A stretch of DNA of 63,444 bases, filler included, from Choristocarpus tenellus KU-1152 (GCA_964200185.2; 8 parts of 8 records of this genome joined end to end with filler, not necessarily neighbours in it), one strand, 5' to 3'. Positions 12,977 through 26,000 are shown, counted from the first letter of the whole stretch. Notes: generated from the letters alone by a model not told the origin. Numbers and translations: made by a program.

Positions 12977-14283
12977 TCATGCTCGAGACCCCACAACAAC
13001 AAAAAAAGAGAAGCTTCTAATCGCCTTCTTATACGCCTTCAACTCCTCACCTCCCTGTCCCTCTCTCCAGATCGTGTCCTCAATATCCCCACACCCCTCA
13101 CTGATGCCAGATTCCACAGGCTTGGTTTCCACTGCTGCTAGCCCTAAGCATGCCTGGGAGACCACCCTTAGCCCGGCCTCTAACAGAAGAACCTTTGAGG
13201 AAGGTTCCACACTGTTCCAGGATCCACTTAGGTCACAAGGTAGAGGAGAGAGCAGCAGCTTCATGTGCATCATCACTTGTCGAACAAATACTGGAACAAT
13301 CCGAGAGGGCTCACCACAGAGGCGTTCTAGTAGAGCTGATGCCACCTGATCTGAAACGATGGGGAAAAGGAATGACCCCTGTGTCCGCTCTGGGCGCTCT
13401 GAGCCCTGCCCCAGGGATTTCCGGTCAGACAGTAATGGGGCAAAGGAATCTGCTAGCAGTCTGGGAAGAGGCAAGCAAGGAAGCAGCAACAATGGGACCA
13501 CAGCATCAAGACTTTTGTCAACACCCTCAGGGCTTCCTTTTTTCCTAGCAGCCTTTCCTTTGTCACCGATGCCTGTGTCGTCAGAGTCAAGGAGTTGCCC
13601 CAGGGCAAACAGATTGACCCCATGGTCATCTGCCAGACGCCCAGCAAGTTCCTGAGCCAGGACATCCCATAAGCTATCGCTCGCATGTGTCACTCCTACT
13701 GCTGCCGCCCCCTCCTCCTCTCTTGCTACACTTTTCCCCCTGCTTGTCCACCTGGGTATTGCACCTTGCTCCTTCCCAGCCAACTTCATGGCCACCAGAG
13801 ATGCTCCAGTGACAGTGGTGACAGTCCCTGGTGACAGTGTTTGCAGGAGCATCTCCATGATATCTAAGGTGGTCAAGTCACTCGTGTCAACTTGATCCAA
13901 CACCAACTTTCCACGAGTATTTCTTTCTCCCTCCGCCAGGAGAGCAAGAAACGCCTCCCTAGTTTTCAACTCCTTCGGTGTCCGTGATGAACGAAGAGGT
14001 TGGAGAGGACCACTAACCCCAAACGTATGTCTCATACATTCCACCAACCCTTTGGTTCAAAGTGTTCACAATCAGATGGGTGGATTGATGGTGGGGTGTT
14101 GTAGGTGAGTACAGTATGTGTCAATGGTGAGGGTGTCAACAATATTCAGAGGCGGTATCCCCCTCCTTCTAACTTCTAGTATCCAGTTCCATTGCCCATC
14201 ATCACAGTTGGAGTTGGTTGCATCAATCTAAAAAAAAGAAAACACAACAAAACACGGCACTGTCATGTACCACATGAAACGGG

Positions 14284-14315
<32 letters not shown>

Positions 14316-17300
14316 CAACAACAACAACAAAATAACCAATAAACAATAACAATAAACAAAAAAAAGACAAAACACAACACAACTCTCACAACAAGTTCAG
14401 ACACCCCACAGCCTACATCCCTACCACCCCTCACCTTGCATCCCCAGCAGTAGTTAACACCATCACACTAAAACAAAAGCAAACCACAATCTAAACGCAA
14501 TCGGTCTGTGTTCCTTTCCAGACTCTAACCCTAACCCTAACCCTAACCCTAACCCTCCTTCTCACCTATACACGCCCTGACTGATCCATCGCCATCGCCA
14601 TCACAATCTGCATCACGCAGCCGCCCCTCTTCCCCCACCCCTGGCCTGTTCCCATCACCCCAATTCACTCTCCTCTTAGCCAGTGCAAGACACAGTCCAG
14701 CAAAGGGAACGGGATGGTGATGCAAGTGGAGCAGCCTTGCCCCTGCCCCCGCAAACAAGCGTATAGCCTCAGATGGAAGAGCTGGGGCCAGGGCAGCAGG
14801 GGCTGGGGTTGAGCGGGCAGTTGCAGGTGCAGTGTCATCATCTCCTACTGTAAGAGTGGCTTCCTCTGGTGAGTCCTTTGGAGGTACCTTTAGGGTGTAT
14901 GAAAACCTGGGAAGTTTTTCCTGAGCAAGAGCCATTACTGCAGCCACCGCTAGTGGACTTGAAAGTCAGGTGGATGGAGAGGGGACAGGGTGAACTGTTA
15001 GTTAGGGTTAGGGTTTGAGTGGAGTTGGTTTTGATATTACGTACTGTGTAAGGCATACTAGATAGTGCAATCTGTTACTAGAGTATATAGTACGTAGTGT
15101 ACACTGTACAGGTATTATGTTTATAAATCAACACTGTATGTTGGCCTCAACAATGTATGTTTTGGTATACACTACATGCACCAACCCTAACCCTAAGAGA
15201 CCCAAAAGAGGATTGCCCGCACTAAACAAAAGTAGACTCATCACCAATATCACCACTAACACCATTCTACTTACATATGCTACAATTGGATTACTTATCA
15301 TCACCTGAATTCAACCTCCCAGTCATCAGCTGCAACATTTCCACCACATATATCCCCCTGGTCATCCCCACTCCTCTCATCGTTCAGCACATCTGTCACC
15401 TCAGACCCTTCCCCAGCAGTCCGGAACCCCACTGCACCACTCCCCAGGAGCTCTATCATGCCCTCTTCTGCCCACTTAACTCCCTCCATCAGGAAGACAT
15501 TCTGTCCATCAACAGCCTCCCCTACAAGCCTCACAAATGCACCCACTGCTGCAGGAGTGGCAAGGTCCACCCACACTCCAGGCTCTCCCTCCCCTTCATA
15601 CCTACTTCCTTTGACCTCTGTACCTGACTCCCCCACTCTTGTTGCGAGCCCTCTATCGAGGCTTGCCCCCATTGAGACCACACCCAAAGAGCGTAGAGCA
15701 TGAATTGTGAGGGTTCGAGCAGCAGTCCGCACCACAGGCAATGACCCCTCCGCTAGAGCCATTCCTAGAACAGTCCCCAGAGGGGTGGCAACCCCCACTT
15801 CCCTAATCTTCCCCCCCCCTCCACTGGTCTTGTCCTCCAACCACCCAGGGCGACGTCCTGTGGCTGCTACAGGAACAACTCCAGGCTTAGAGAGCAGTCG
15901 CATAGTCTCTAGTTGCAGTAGGGGAGGCAGGGCCTGCATCCCACCGCCCTGGTTTCCACTGTCCCCACCACCCCCAGGGTTTGGTAAGAGCTTTAGGAAG
16001 TCAAAGCCTGAGGCAGCAATTGCCCCAGGAATGCAGTCTGCATATCGGGAGAGCAACGAAAGGAGGCGCCAACGCAAGAATGTTCCTTGGGAAGGTCCTT
16101 CTTCCTCCTCCTCACCCTCCCCCCCTTTTCCTTCCTCTCCATCTCCTCCTGCTCCCTCCTCCTGGCCCTTCATTGCTCTGGGATCAGCTCCAGAGTTGTC
16201 TCCTCCTCCTTTTCCCCCTCCCAATTTGTCTCGCAGCCCAAGAAGGGTCTGTACCTCAGGGAGGCGTTGTCGGAGGGGAACAAGCACAGATGCAACAACA
16301 TTCTTACCCCCTGATACCTGAGTGTGACCTACATCAACATTGTTAGGCTTCCTGTCCTCAGCACTCTTTTGGAGGGTTATGAGATGAGCCACACGGGCAC
16401 CACGATCCAGTATATCTGCTATCAGGGTCATTGTTGAGGCCTGTAAACCAAGCATGGGGAAAGGGCCCAGATATATTCCCAAGTTTGGTATAGAACAACA
16501 CCTCAGCATTGCTTCCCACCTACAAGAACAGAGATTGTTACAGGAAACACACAAACCATTGCCAAGCAACCTGGACTGGCATTCATAGTACCACTTGCAA
16601 ATAACAAGTAACCACAAATAAAGTATCAAAAAGTAGATGTACAACACAAGAAATAAAAATAAAGGATTCCAGAAGATTAACATACTTTTTTGTGTGCTGT
16701 GTGCGATATCCTACACCGACAAATAGTACCGAAAACAGTACCACAAATAGTACCATAAATAGTACCACAATTAGTACCACAAATAGTGCCATAAATAGTA
16801 CCATAAATAGTACCACAAATAGTACCACAAATAGTACCATAAATAGTACCACAAATAGTACTAAAAACAGTACCACAAATAGTACCACAAATAGTACAAC
16901 AAACAATACAACAAACAATACAACAAATCATTGAATCCATCCATCACACCTTTCATATTCCTTACCTGAAGCAATGCATTTCCACTTAGAACCCCCTTTG
17001 TAAGCTCCTTTTTGCCAAGACCAGGCGGCATAACGCCTCCCAACAAAGTCTCCGGTGACAACACAACTTGAGATCCAAGGGTCTTTCCATTGGAGTTGGT
17101 TGAGGTAGAGGCATTCTCCACGAGCGAAAGGTCTAAAGGCACCTCCCTCAGTAGGTTGGACAATAAGGTGTAGGTCTGAAGACAACGGTATGTAGCCTTA
17201 GGTTCAAGAGACGCCGATACAAAGGAGACTCGCAGGTAGCCTGGGAAGAGGGATGGGCACCTCTGGAGGAGGTCCTGTGGTCGTTTGTGAGGATTGGCTG

Positions 17301-18731
17301 GTAAGTAGGGGGTAGGAATCGGGTGGGCTGTTCATGAGATAAAACTATGCTCGTCAGAGGTGCACTGTATCAACCTTTGAATCAATATTATTATCAAATT
17401 TGAGTTGCTGAAAAGAAAATTGCAACAAGTTTTGATAAAGCCCAACGTTTGCTAGAACAATACCATCTCAATCAAATACTAGAAATTTACAACAAATTTA
17501 CTTACAGAAGATTCAACGACCAAAACCAAGGAGTTTGATTGGTCGATTTTTTCTCGTGCGTACGCTCGCAGCTCACTCCAAAAAGAAAATAAAAAGCTCG
17601 AGCTGCTTCACGCGCTCTCTGATTCTAACCAAGTAGCAAGTATGACACTCTTAATACACCCTATACTTTAATGCTTGCTACATTTCAACATCTGTCCACA
17701 CAATTTCTGCTTTTTTCTTTGTGCCTTCATAATTTCCACACAACTGACTGGCTTTATTTATTTATTTTAAAAGGAGAATAAAAAAAAAACATTTTATGGT
17801 GTGTCCAGCACAGGGGAAAAAAAGTACTCACGGAAGAGTACCTCCAAAAAAAATTCTGCCAATAGGATCCCTCACCAAGCAGTGGGTCATCTCGGGTCAC
17901 GATGTTCCTCACCACTTGTCATGATAATCTGTCAAAACACATTCCGACCACCATGGGGCATGTCTTCTTTTTTTAAAACAACAATGTGATTCAAGTCACA
18001 TACCGGTAAATGATCTATGTTCATCCTCTCAGTTTCACAACGATGATGCTCTTTTGTTTGTTGATCTTTAAAAACAAAAAAAATATTCAAAACTGACGCT
18101 TACGGTTTCTGTTACCTCTATTATCATCGATAGACCTCCTGCTGTAGGGTTAGGGTTATAAACCTAACCCCAAGGTATTCAATCACACCAAAAGCACTGT
18201 TGTACTTCAAGAGTACAATACTAAAGGTACTCAATCACACCAAAAGCGCTATTATACTTGAAGAGTACTTAAAGAGTACTTCAAGAGTACTTCAAGAGTA
18301 CTTAAAGAGTACCTACATTATCAATATCACCACTACCACTCTTGTCTGAACATCACACCCAACGAACTCTTGATTCCGCTTATCTAGGGGTTGACAATCC
18401 AGTCTGTCAAGACTATGCTTGACCATTTGTGAGAATACGATTTGTGAGAATACGATTTGTGAGAATATGATTTGTGAGAAGATTTGTGAGAATATGATTT
18501 GAATTAAAATATTTTATGTACGTACAGACGATGATGCGGGACATGAAGGACATTTAGGGTTAGGGTACTTCACCGAAAGAAATAGGGTTAGGGTTAGAGT
18601 CGGAGTGTTTCTGACGAGTGCTAGAGAGACAGTTGAGTAATTTGATGTTCTGATTCATTTACTGTAAGGTTTGGTGAGCCCCATCTCGTGATGGTGTCTC
18701 ACTCTCTTCTCCACTGCAGTACAAGCTTATA

Positions 18732-18774
<43 letters not shown>

Positions 18775-19469
18775 CTGGTTGCGTGGGACAACAGATCGTC
18801 AAGGACAGGTTAAAACAGTCGATTCGGTTCATTTAAAAATAAAATAAAATTATCAATACCGTGATTGAAAAACCTTCATCCGTTTCTTTTTTCTTCTTCA
18901 CACACCCCACGCCTTGCCACATACTATGAACACCCCGTTCGATCGAATAGAGTACCTACTACACTTCAACACAAAAGAACCTTACACTAAACAAAACAAA
19001 AACCACTCAAGAATCAAGCATTAAACTAGTAGGTAACCAACCACCAGATGCATACCCACCCTCCCTCTATCACTTTCCCTAAATGTCCCACATTGCCCTT
19101 ACATACAAACAACAAACACCCTGTAACAAAAAAAATAATACCAAGGACACTCACCACCACCAACTGACGCCTGCTCAGGTCGTCGTGACCCCCAAGACAT
19201 GCCAATCCCCTCAGGAGAACCCTCGGTGACGTCACCACCACAGCCCCTCTTCCCCTAACCCGGCAGTCCCTCCCCCCCCTAACAAACATCGCATTTGAAG
19301 CCGGTGTGGTAACCATGAGAAAGGGGCTGGTGGAGGGGTCACACAACAGAGACCGCATGAGGTTGTGAACGGACTGGTACAGCTGAGGGGGGGACCCATC
19401 GTACACCTACTTCCCAGAATAGAACAAGAGAACATCATGGGCACATAAAACAAGCAAACATATCATGAG

Positions 19470-19549
<80 letters not shown>

Positions 19550-21149
19550 AATGAATAAAGGCTGGGTTGGCAGGTTATGAAGTTCTCAAGGCATGGTACC
19601 AATATGATATTGTAGTTATAATAGCACCAACTAATAGTACCAATTCGTGGGGAATAGTGGTGGTTCAGGGAGGGACTAGGTCCAAATCCCGACCAAAGTC
19701 TCATCCCAACCCTAACCCTAACCCTAACCCTAGTACTAACAGTAGTATTCAGAGATGTGACAGTTCCTTGGGTGTGAAAAAGAAAGACCAACAGAACAAA
19801 AGGAAGAAATTTCTTGAGGTGTCTCCGCTTCTGCACAAGTGGCCTGACTGCGGAGGGCTCTAGAACTACAAATATAATAAAAAAATAATCACAGTGCCCA
19901 AGCACAGACCTTTTACAAACCAGTACAAAAAGATGCCAAACTCTAACCCTGACCCTGACCCTGACCCTGACCCTAGCTGAGGTACAGGAGAGACGCAGGT
20001 GGCCACGAGTACTGCTACAGAGCACTACCAACTAATGCAACACCAAAGCATTCCAACAGGCACTTCCCAAAGCATTGAGACCTCACCAACGACCCCTCTA
20101 GAACATCAACTCCAACAGTAACATCAAGGATACCATCACCAACATCAACCAATAAGGCCCCAGGTAGTTGTCTATGTAGTTGTCTATGTAGTTACTTGAT
20201 AGCATGAAACCCAAAAAACAGTAAAAACAGAAGGAAGAGATGTGAAGTTTGTTGTGGCATGTGCAACATAAAACATGGAGAGGGTGCACTAGTACCTGAG
20301 TTGCAAATCTGACTCTTGGCACAAGCGTTGCAACTTCTTATCACCTGTCTAACCCTAACCCTAACCCTAACCCTAACCCTAACCCTAACTCCCCAAACCT
20401 TTCGAAGGTGTTCGATGTTCCCCTGATTAAAAAAATCAGCCTTGGATCTTCGAGAAACACGCCTATTCAGTAACAGACGCAAGCGCAGGGTTTCCACAAA
20501 CAGGAGGGCGGTATTTGGAGGGTCTCGCCACAGGGCACCACGAAGGGGCAAACCAAGGACACCCCCACCCCTGGCTCCTGCTAGCATCTGGGCCTGAATA
20601 GAGTTGTCGCCTGCAGGGTAAATTCAACATTGGGTTGAAAAATAAGAGATATTATGTGGCGGGGTTAGGGTTAGGGGTAGGGTAAACGCCTTCGCAAGTT
20701 TAAGAAAAAATAATAGAATATAATGGAATAAGACAATGAGGGGAAGAGAACATGCAATAAAAAGTAATATTTCAATGAGCAGAAGAGCCAGCAAATCACA
20801 CCGACTCAGAAGGATGTCTTCACACCACAACATGCATATAAAATAAAATAAAATAAAATAAAATAAAATAAAATAAAGTAAAACAAAATAAAATAAAGGA
20901 AAGTAAAGGAAAATAAAGGAAAATAAAATAAAACAAAGTAAAATAATTTGTCTTTATTGTTGTTACTATTACCAATCAATGGACAGCAGACAAAGAAGGG
21001 TATACCTCCACAAAATCAGGCTGAAGGGGGTATAAGAATTCAGCGGACACGTTTGACAGGGTTAGAAAATACTGTTGACACCTCCTTGTAACTCCAAAGA
21101 TTAGGGTTAGGGTTAGGATCTTCTCTAACCCTAACCCTACATGTTCGAA

Positions 21150-21194
<45 letters not shown>

Positions 21195-22628
21195 CAATTG
21201 TGATGGACGTAAGAGGGATGAAATTCTTCACTCTTTATTCTTCTTTCAACACCACAAAGAAAGTTTTTGCACAAAAATAAACAGTTCTCAATGAAATGAA
21301 ATGTGTACGAAAACAGGAGTAAAAACATAAAAATAAATATAGTATTGATATAAGAACAAATATACATATATATATATATATATATATGTATACCTCAGTG
21401 TGTATTGGGTGATGTCCAATGTGGATGCAATCAATCGCCTCAATAAAAATATATATTAAAATATAAAATATTTTTGAATTTTCGTGGACTTGAAAAAAAA
21501 ATCAGATAAACTTGCTTGTATGGACGGACTCCTCCAACTGTATTGGAGAACATCAGCAGTCAAGAGTGGAATAATAATTTGTTGGAACAACCCAAAATGT
21601 TCTATTTTAAAGGAATGTGACTGGGTGGATACAGTGTTCTCATGCCTCACCTCATCCAAACTAACCACTCTACATGATAAAGAAACATCCTATTCATAAG
21701 CCACAGCGTTCATATCACTCCTACTACTACATTAGGGTTAGGGATACCTCCATATTACAGTATAATTTTAACACCTTAGTGAATCTTTCATATATTAGTG
21801 CGCCACATGCATTGATATCAGCATGTCATTGTCGACGAGGAATAATTAAGAGAATTTTCTCAATTCTCACATGGAACAGGATTTATCAAGAACTTTCCGT
21901 ATGGTCAAATTCTGATAAAAAATCAAAAAAATATATCAGGATAATATCCATGGATGCTGAAGCAGATCTCATAAGACTGGGGAATGGGTTCTTCGGCACA
22001 GATACATACCAAGGTCCTTAGGGGGTACACTCCGTGAGTTTAGGTCAGAAAAGGGTACACTTTACGGTTCACCAAAGAACAAAAAGGGGTACGAGTTAAA
22101 AATATGACAGTAGATGGTGTGGGGGTATACCTCCACATTCCTGACAAATGAGGGTACAATTTTCCGCATCGACGTCACACCTGTATTGTACAGTCCTTCC
22201 ATACAAACAGCAAGTAAATTTCCTTTTCAACTACTTTCTTCCCATCTTCAACAAAAAAAAACATGTGGGAGTACACCCCAATCTGTCCAGTATTCCTATT
22301 TGTTGAGGATTGACGATGAGCACCAACGCTATCGATCTTGATGCCGTTCCTCACACAACAACTCACGTCCACATCCATCAAACGATCACACAACCACAGG
22401 AACACGCCTCCTGGTGATGCCCCGCCACAGAACGCCTTCAACAGCCTCTGACCTTGCTCCTGAACCAGGCCTTTGGCTGACTTACCCTTACACTACAATA
22501 CTTCCATCCTAACCCTAACCCTAGCTTCATCCCTTGACCTTGGAAGTCCGTACCTGAGTCCATGAAGGCACATATGAAGTCAATACACAAGTGGCGTACC
22601 AATGTTGCTGCACCTTCACTCTTGCCAC

Positions 22629-22659
<31 letters not shown>
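12977..22659 (-). CDS. URB1: Nucleolar pre-ribosomal-associated protein 1 (URB1/Npa1), partial; exons 22554-22659, 20399-20610, 19155-19406, 16966-17274, 15305-16440, 14566-14957, ~12977-14049
   Basis: Phase-consistent splicing gives Npa1-like motifs: VRHLCIDFICAFMDSG, LWRDPP..LFVETLRLRLLLN..SKADFFN, DLLQRCPSLFPGY..SLEP, MPPGLGKKELTKGVLSGN, LRQRLPEVQTLL, RYADCIP..FDFLKLL, FSPLAVAA. The 5' end lies in a gap and the 3' end is unresolved. Confidence 0.8.
14525..14556. repeat. Interstitial telomeric array (CCCTAA)5
   Basis: Read directly; about 10 nt inside the URB1 donor at 14565. Confidence 0.92.
16720..16928. repeat. 12-bp minisatellite (AAATAGTACCAC-like), ~17 copies, in a URB1 intron
   Basis: Read directly; it is the source of the spurious STTN/VVLF ORFs. 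Confidence 0.92.
18170..18500. repeat. Cluster of short tandem duplications (CAATCACACCAAAAGC x2, 11-bp TCAAGAGTACT array, 14-bp GATTTGTGAGAATA array)
   Basis: Read directly. Confidence 0.8.
19472..19546. repeat. Compound (TG)n(AG)n microsatellite
   Basis: Read directly. Confidence 0.95.
20349..20389. repeat. Interstitial telomeric array (CCCTAA)~7
   Basis: Read directly; about 10 nt inside the URB1 donor at 20398. Confidence 0.92.
20840..20945. repeat. (AAATA)n pentanucleotide microsatellite
   Basis: Read directly. Confidence 0.9.
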
Positions 22660-22781
22660 NNNNNNNNNNNNNNNNNNNNNNNNNNNNNNNNNNNNNNNNN
22701 NNNTTAATTAATTAANNNNNNNNNNNNNNNNNNNNNNNNNNNNNNNNNNNNNNNNNNNNGCGCAATTGTATTGTGGTTGGT

Positions 22782-22963
22782 GCCCCAAAGTATCTGGGGG
22801 GGGGGGAGGTTCTACACCAGAGAGTCCATTTGGACCAAAACCAGGAAAAGTGCACTTTCATTATCCATCCAACGTATGGAACCAAATCAACCAAAAATCG
22901 CGACATGACAAAATTGGCCCCAAATGGACAGCTGCCACCCCCCCCTCCCAGATACTTTGACCC
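22782..22963. mobile_element. MITE family A copy, reverse orientation
   Basis: GCCCCAAAGTATCTGGGG...CCCAGATACTTTGACCC; interior is the reverse complement of the 11368 copy. Confidence 0.8.
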
Positions 22964-23042
22964 AGTAACTTGCTCATAGTCAATTTGATGAGACTGTAGT
23001 AACTGCTGGCACCTCACACAATATTTACTTGCTGGGCAATTC

Positions 23043-26000
23043 ATGTCGTTGAAGACCCTTCTGGATGAAGATGAGAAAGACTCTTATTTGCATGAGGAAT
23101 CACAGCAACGAAGTCAGGAGGCTATCACGAACATAGAGGAGAAGATTGTATCACTGCAGAATGAACTTGCAGAAACGGAGCACCAAGTCACTGCCCTGGA
23201 AATGACGGGTATGATGCAACGAGCACCAATAACCAAGTATTAAGTACTAAGTATTTTGGTGTTCAGCAGTTCCTCCCATGAACTTCTTGATAACTTAGGA
23301 GCTGTCCAATAGAATTGCGTTAATGCCTTGCACCCATTTGCACTGATTTTAGGCTTGTGGGAGGTACCTCTCTTCCTCAAATCTATGCACCTTTCTGGAT
23401 CTGAAATGATAGATTCATATGAGCACTAAAACAACATTAGGGACCCAAAGATGTAAAGCATGGAACATGATACAGAATTTTTTGCTGCTTGCAAACTGAA
23501 CTAGTCTGAAGAAGTTGGAAAAAACATTTATCTTGCTGACAAGTGACTATTTTCAAACAATTCGGCCATGCCTTGGCAGAAAGCACAGAGTTCAGTACCG
23601 CAAAAGGGAAATATGATCGTGAGGCAGAGCATCTTCAGCACATTGTAAATCAGCAGCAGTTACGCCTGGCACAGACATCGGAGGAAATTGCAACCACTGA
23701 AAAGGATGTGAGTTGTCGTGCTATTCGATTTTGTTCACAAGGCACTATAGATGGATTGTGTACTAGTTGCAGTTCCTAAGCAGTCATGCCCCCACACCTG
23801 CGGATTCTGGCAGACTCACAACCTGGATATTACATTTAAGACGGTTTTGCAACTCGAAGCAATTGCAGCCTCTGGAGGGAAACAACAAGTTGTATCAAAG
23901 GAGACAATCATGGCAGAAGATCAGTTTCAGGTGTGTCGTTTGACTCCTTGGTGATGTTTGTTCAGGTATTCCTATTCTATTTTTATCTTCCTTGGAGGAC
24001 AAGGGAGTGCTAGGTATTCCATTTTCATGTTTTTAAGGGTTAGGGTTCGGACTACATAAATTATATACTCAGAGCATTTTGCACTTCATTTCCAATCCAA
24101 AGACACTTCACAGTACCACTTGAAAATATTATGGCTAGTACCTATGTAACATAGGATGTATTTTGTGAGTTTCTTCTGGGATAGGCTTCCTTTGCAATCC
24201 ATTCTACTTCAATCCGATCCTTTCTAATCCCTTCCTTTACCACCTATGTCCTGAAAGACTTCCACAGGACTTTTATCTAGCATGCAATGAAATGCGTGCA
24301 TATATGACACCTTCCCCCAATACTATGTTACTCTCTTGTCACTACCATGACCATCGGTCTACCCACACATTGAAGTATTTCACCTGTGATTTTATCACTA
24401 GAGGGGTGGCACTTGTGTCTGTCAAGACAGGCAGTACTTAAGCAATGTAGAGGATGAGGCCCCATTAAATGACACAAACCTCTTACTCAGATATTTTCTA
24501 CTCACTTCAACAGCAAAGTGCTCTGAAAATGTGTAGACCTCCGTCTTGACCTGTCATGCCAAGCTCATGCCCATCTACAACTTTTGGGAAACATGCTTAC
24601 CTAACATACTTGAAGTACTACGTAGTATCCAATGTGGTACTAGATCAAACTATCAATTCGGTCTCTTTCAGAGAGTGCATAGACATTAGCAGCAAGGGAA
24701 TAGATCTCCCTATTTGCAAACAAGAATACAATGCAATTAGGCAGAAAGATATTTTGTGTGCACGAGTAGGTAAGAAAATCAGTTTTTCTCTGTATTAGGT
24801 CAATTTTTCTGTTCATGGGCATAGGATTTCCAGAGCCTCAAAACTCTGCCAACTCTGACAGAACAGACCGACAATGGGTCAAGAAAGTTCTTCTTTGGCA
24901 TGCTCCATGAAAATAGATAAGGGAATAGAGGGCTTGAGTCGTCTTGATAGCCTATGTCTTTACTAAGGACTTTGTGCATCCATCCCTCTAGTCACAATAC
25001 AATGCATACTTTTATGGCACTTGCTGCAAACCTTTGGTACTGAAGTAGTCAATTTGATACCTCCATCTCAGTTGAGGCAATGATCTTGATAAGGCCCCTT
25101 GAGTATAAAAATAATCTTTCTTGCCCCTGGCCTTACTGTTTTCTGCTGCAATCACAGTTCAGTGTAAGCTGATAATATTTCCACTCATGTTGCTAAATAT
25201 GTTGCATTTGAGCGAAAATATTTGAGTGAAAGTATCTTGGAGGGTAGAGCCGCATCCGTTTGGGGACCAAAATTCAATGCTGCGATTTTGATGTAATTTT
25301 GGCTATCATGTTTGTTAGGAAGTGTCAATATCATTGTTCATGACACGCCTTTTCATAAAGTATACATTTAACCTACTCTGAAACATTTCGGACTAGGAAA
25401 ATGTCATTAAAAACCCGTGGGAAGCCAAGCCCCAAACAGACAAACAGGGAAAAACTCGTCCCCTCTAAGGTGCTTTCACTCATTGCATAGGAAGAGCTAG
25501 CTAGTTGTGATTAAAACAGTTGGAAACCAACTTTGTGAAGACAGTGGTTCTCCACTTTATCTATTTTACCTGACGTTTCATACTTATTTGATGATCCACC
25601 TCTCCTATGAAGCAATATATCTTGCTTTGGGTCATTTCTTGAAAGGTATTGACTACATTGAACGAAAGAGATGAATTGTTGCAAAATCTAGTTACTTCCT
25701 TACTGCACTGCAACAATGCTCACGGGAGTCCTTTGTTTGCCACCCATGTGCTGGACCAAAAAATATCTGTATGAGATGCAGTCTTTGATGAGGGCAGATA
25801 TCAGACGGCAACAGGAAGAAGAAGAGTGGGCTTCTGCGCAGAGGACAGGTGAGCTCTCCTGGATATCTCTGGAATCACTGCGAATCAATGATTAATTCAC
25901 TGCGAGTTGAAAGGGTGCCAAGTGCACACATTCCTCCTACACCAATGGTCACAGCGACCAATTGTAGATATGCAAATTGAACTTTGCTACTTTATTTCTT

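Noticed and set aside
16583-16940. ORFs with VVLF / CGTI / STTN repeats (membrane- or mucin-like)
   Set aside because: Translations of an intronic 12-bp minisatellite.
19435-20031. 198-aa ORF with VRVRVR, SLSL and HTHT tracts
   Set aside because: Composed of telomeric and dinucleotide repeats within a URB1 intron.
22175-22480. Exon-like ORF (LKAFCGGASPGG...MDVD|gtgagt) in URB1
   Set aside because: The flanking exons join in phase without it (AFMDSG-DNSIQ). Could be a cryptic exon but is unsupported.
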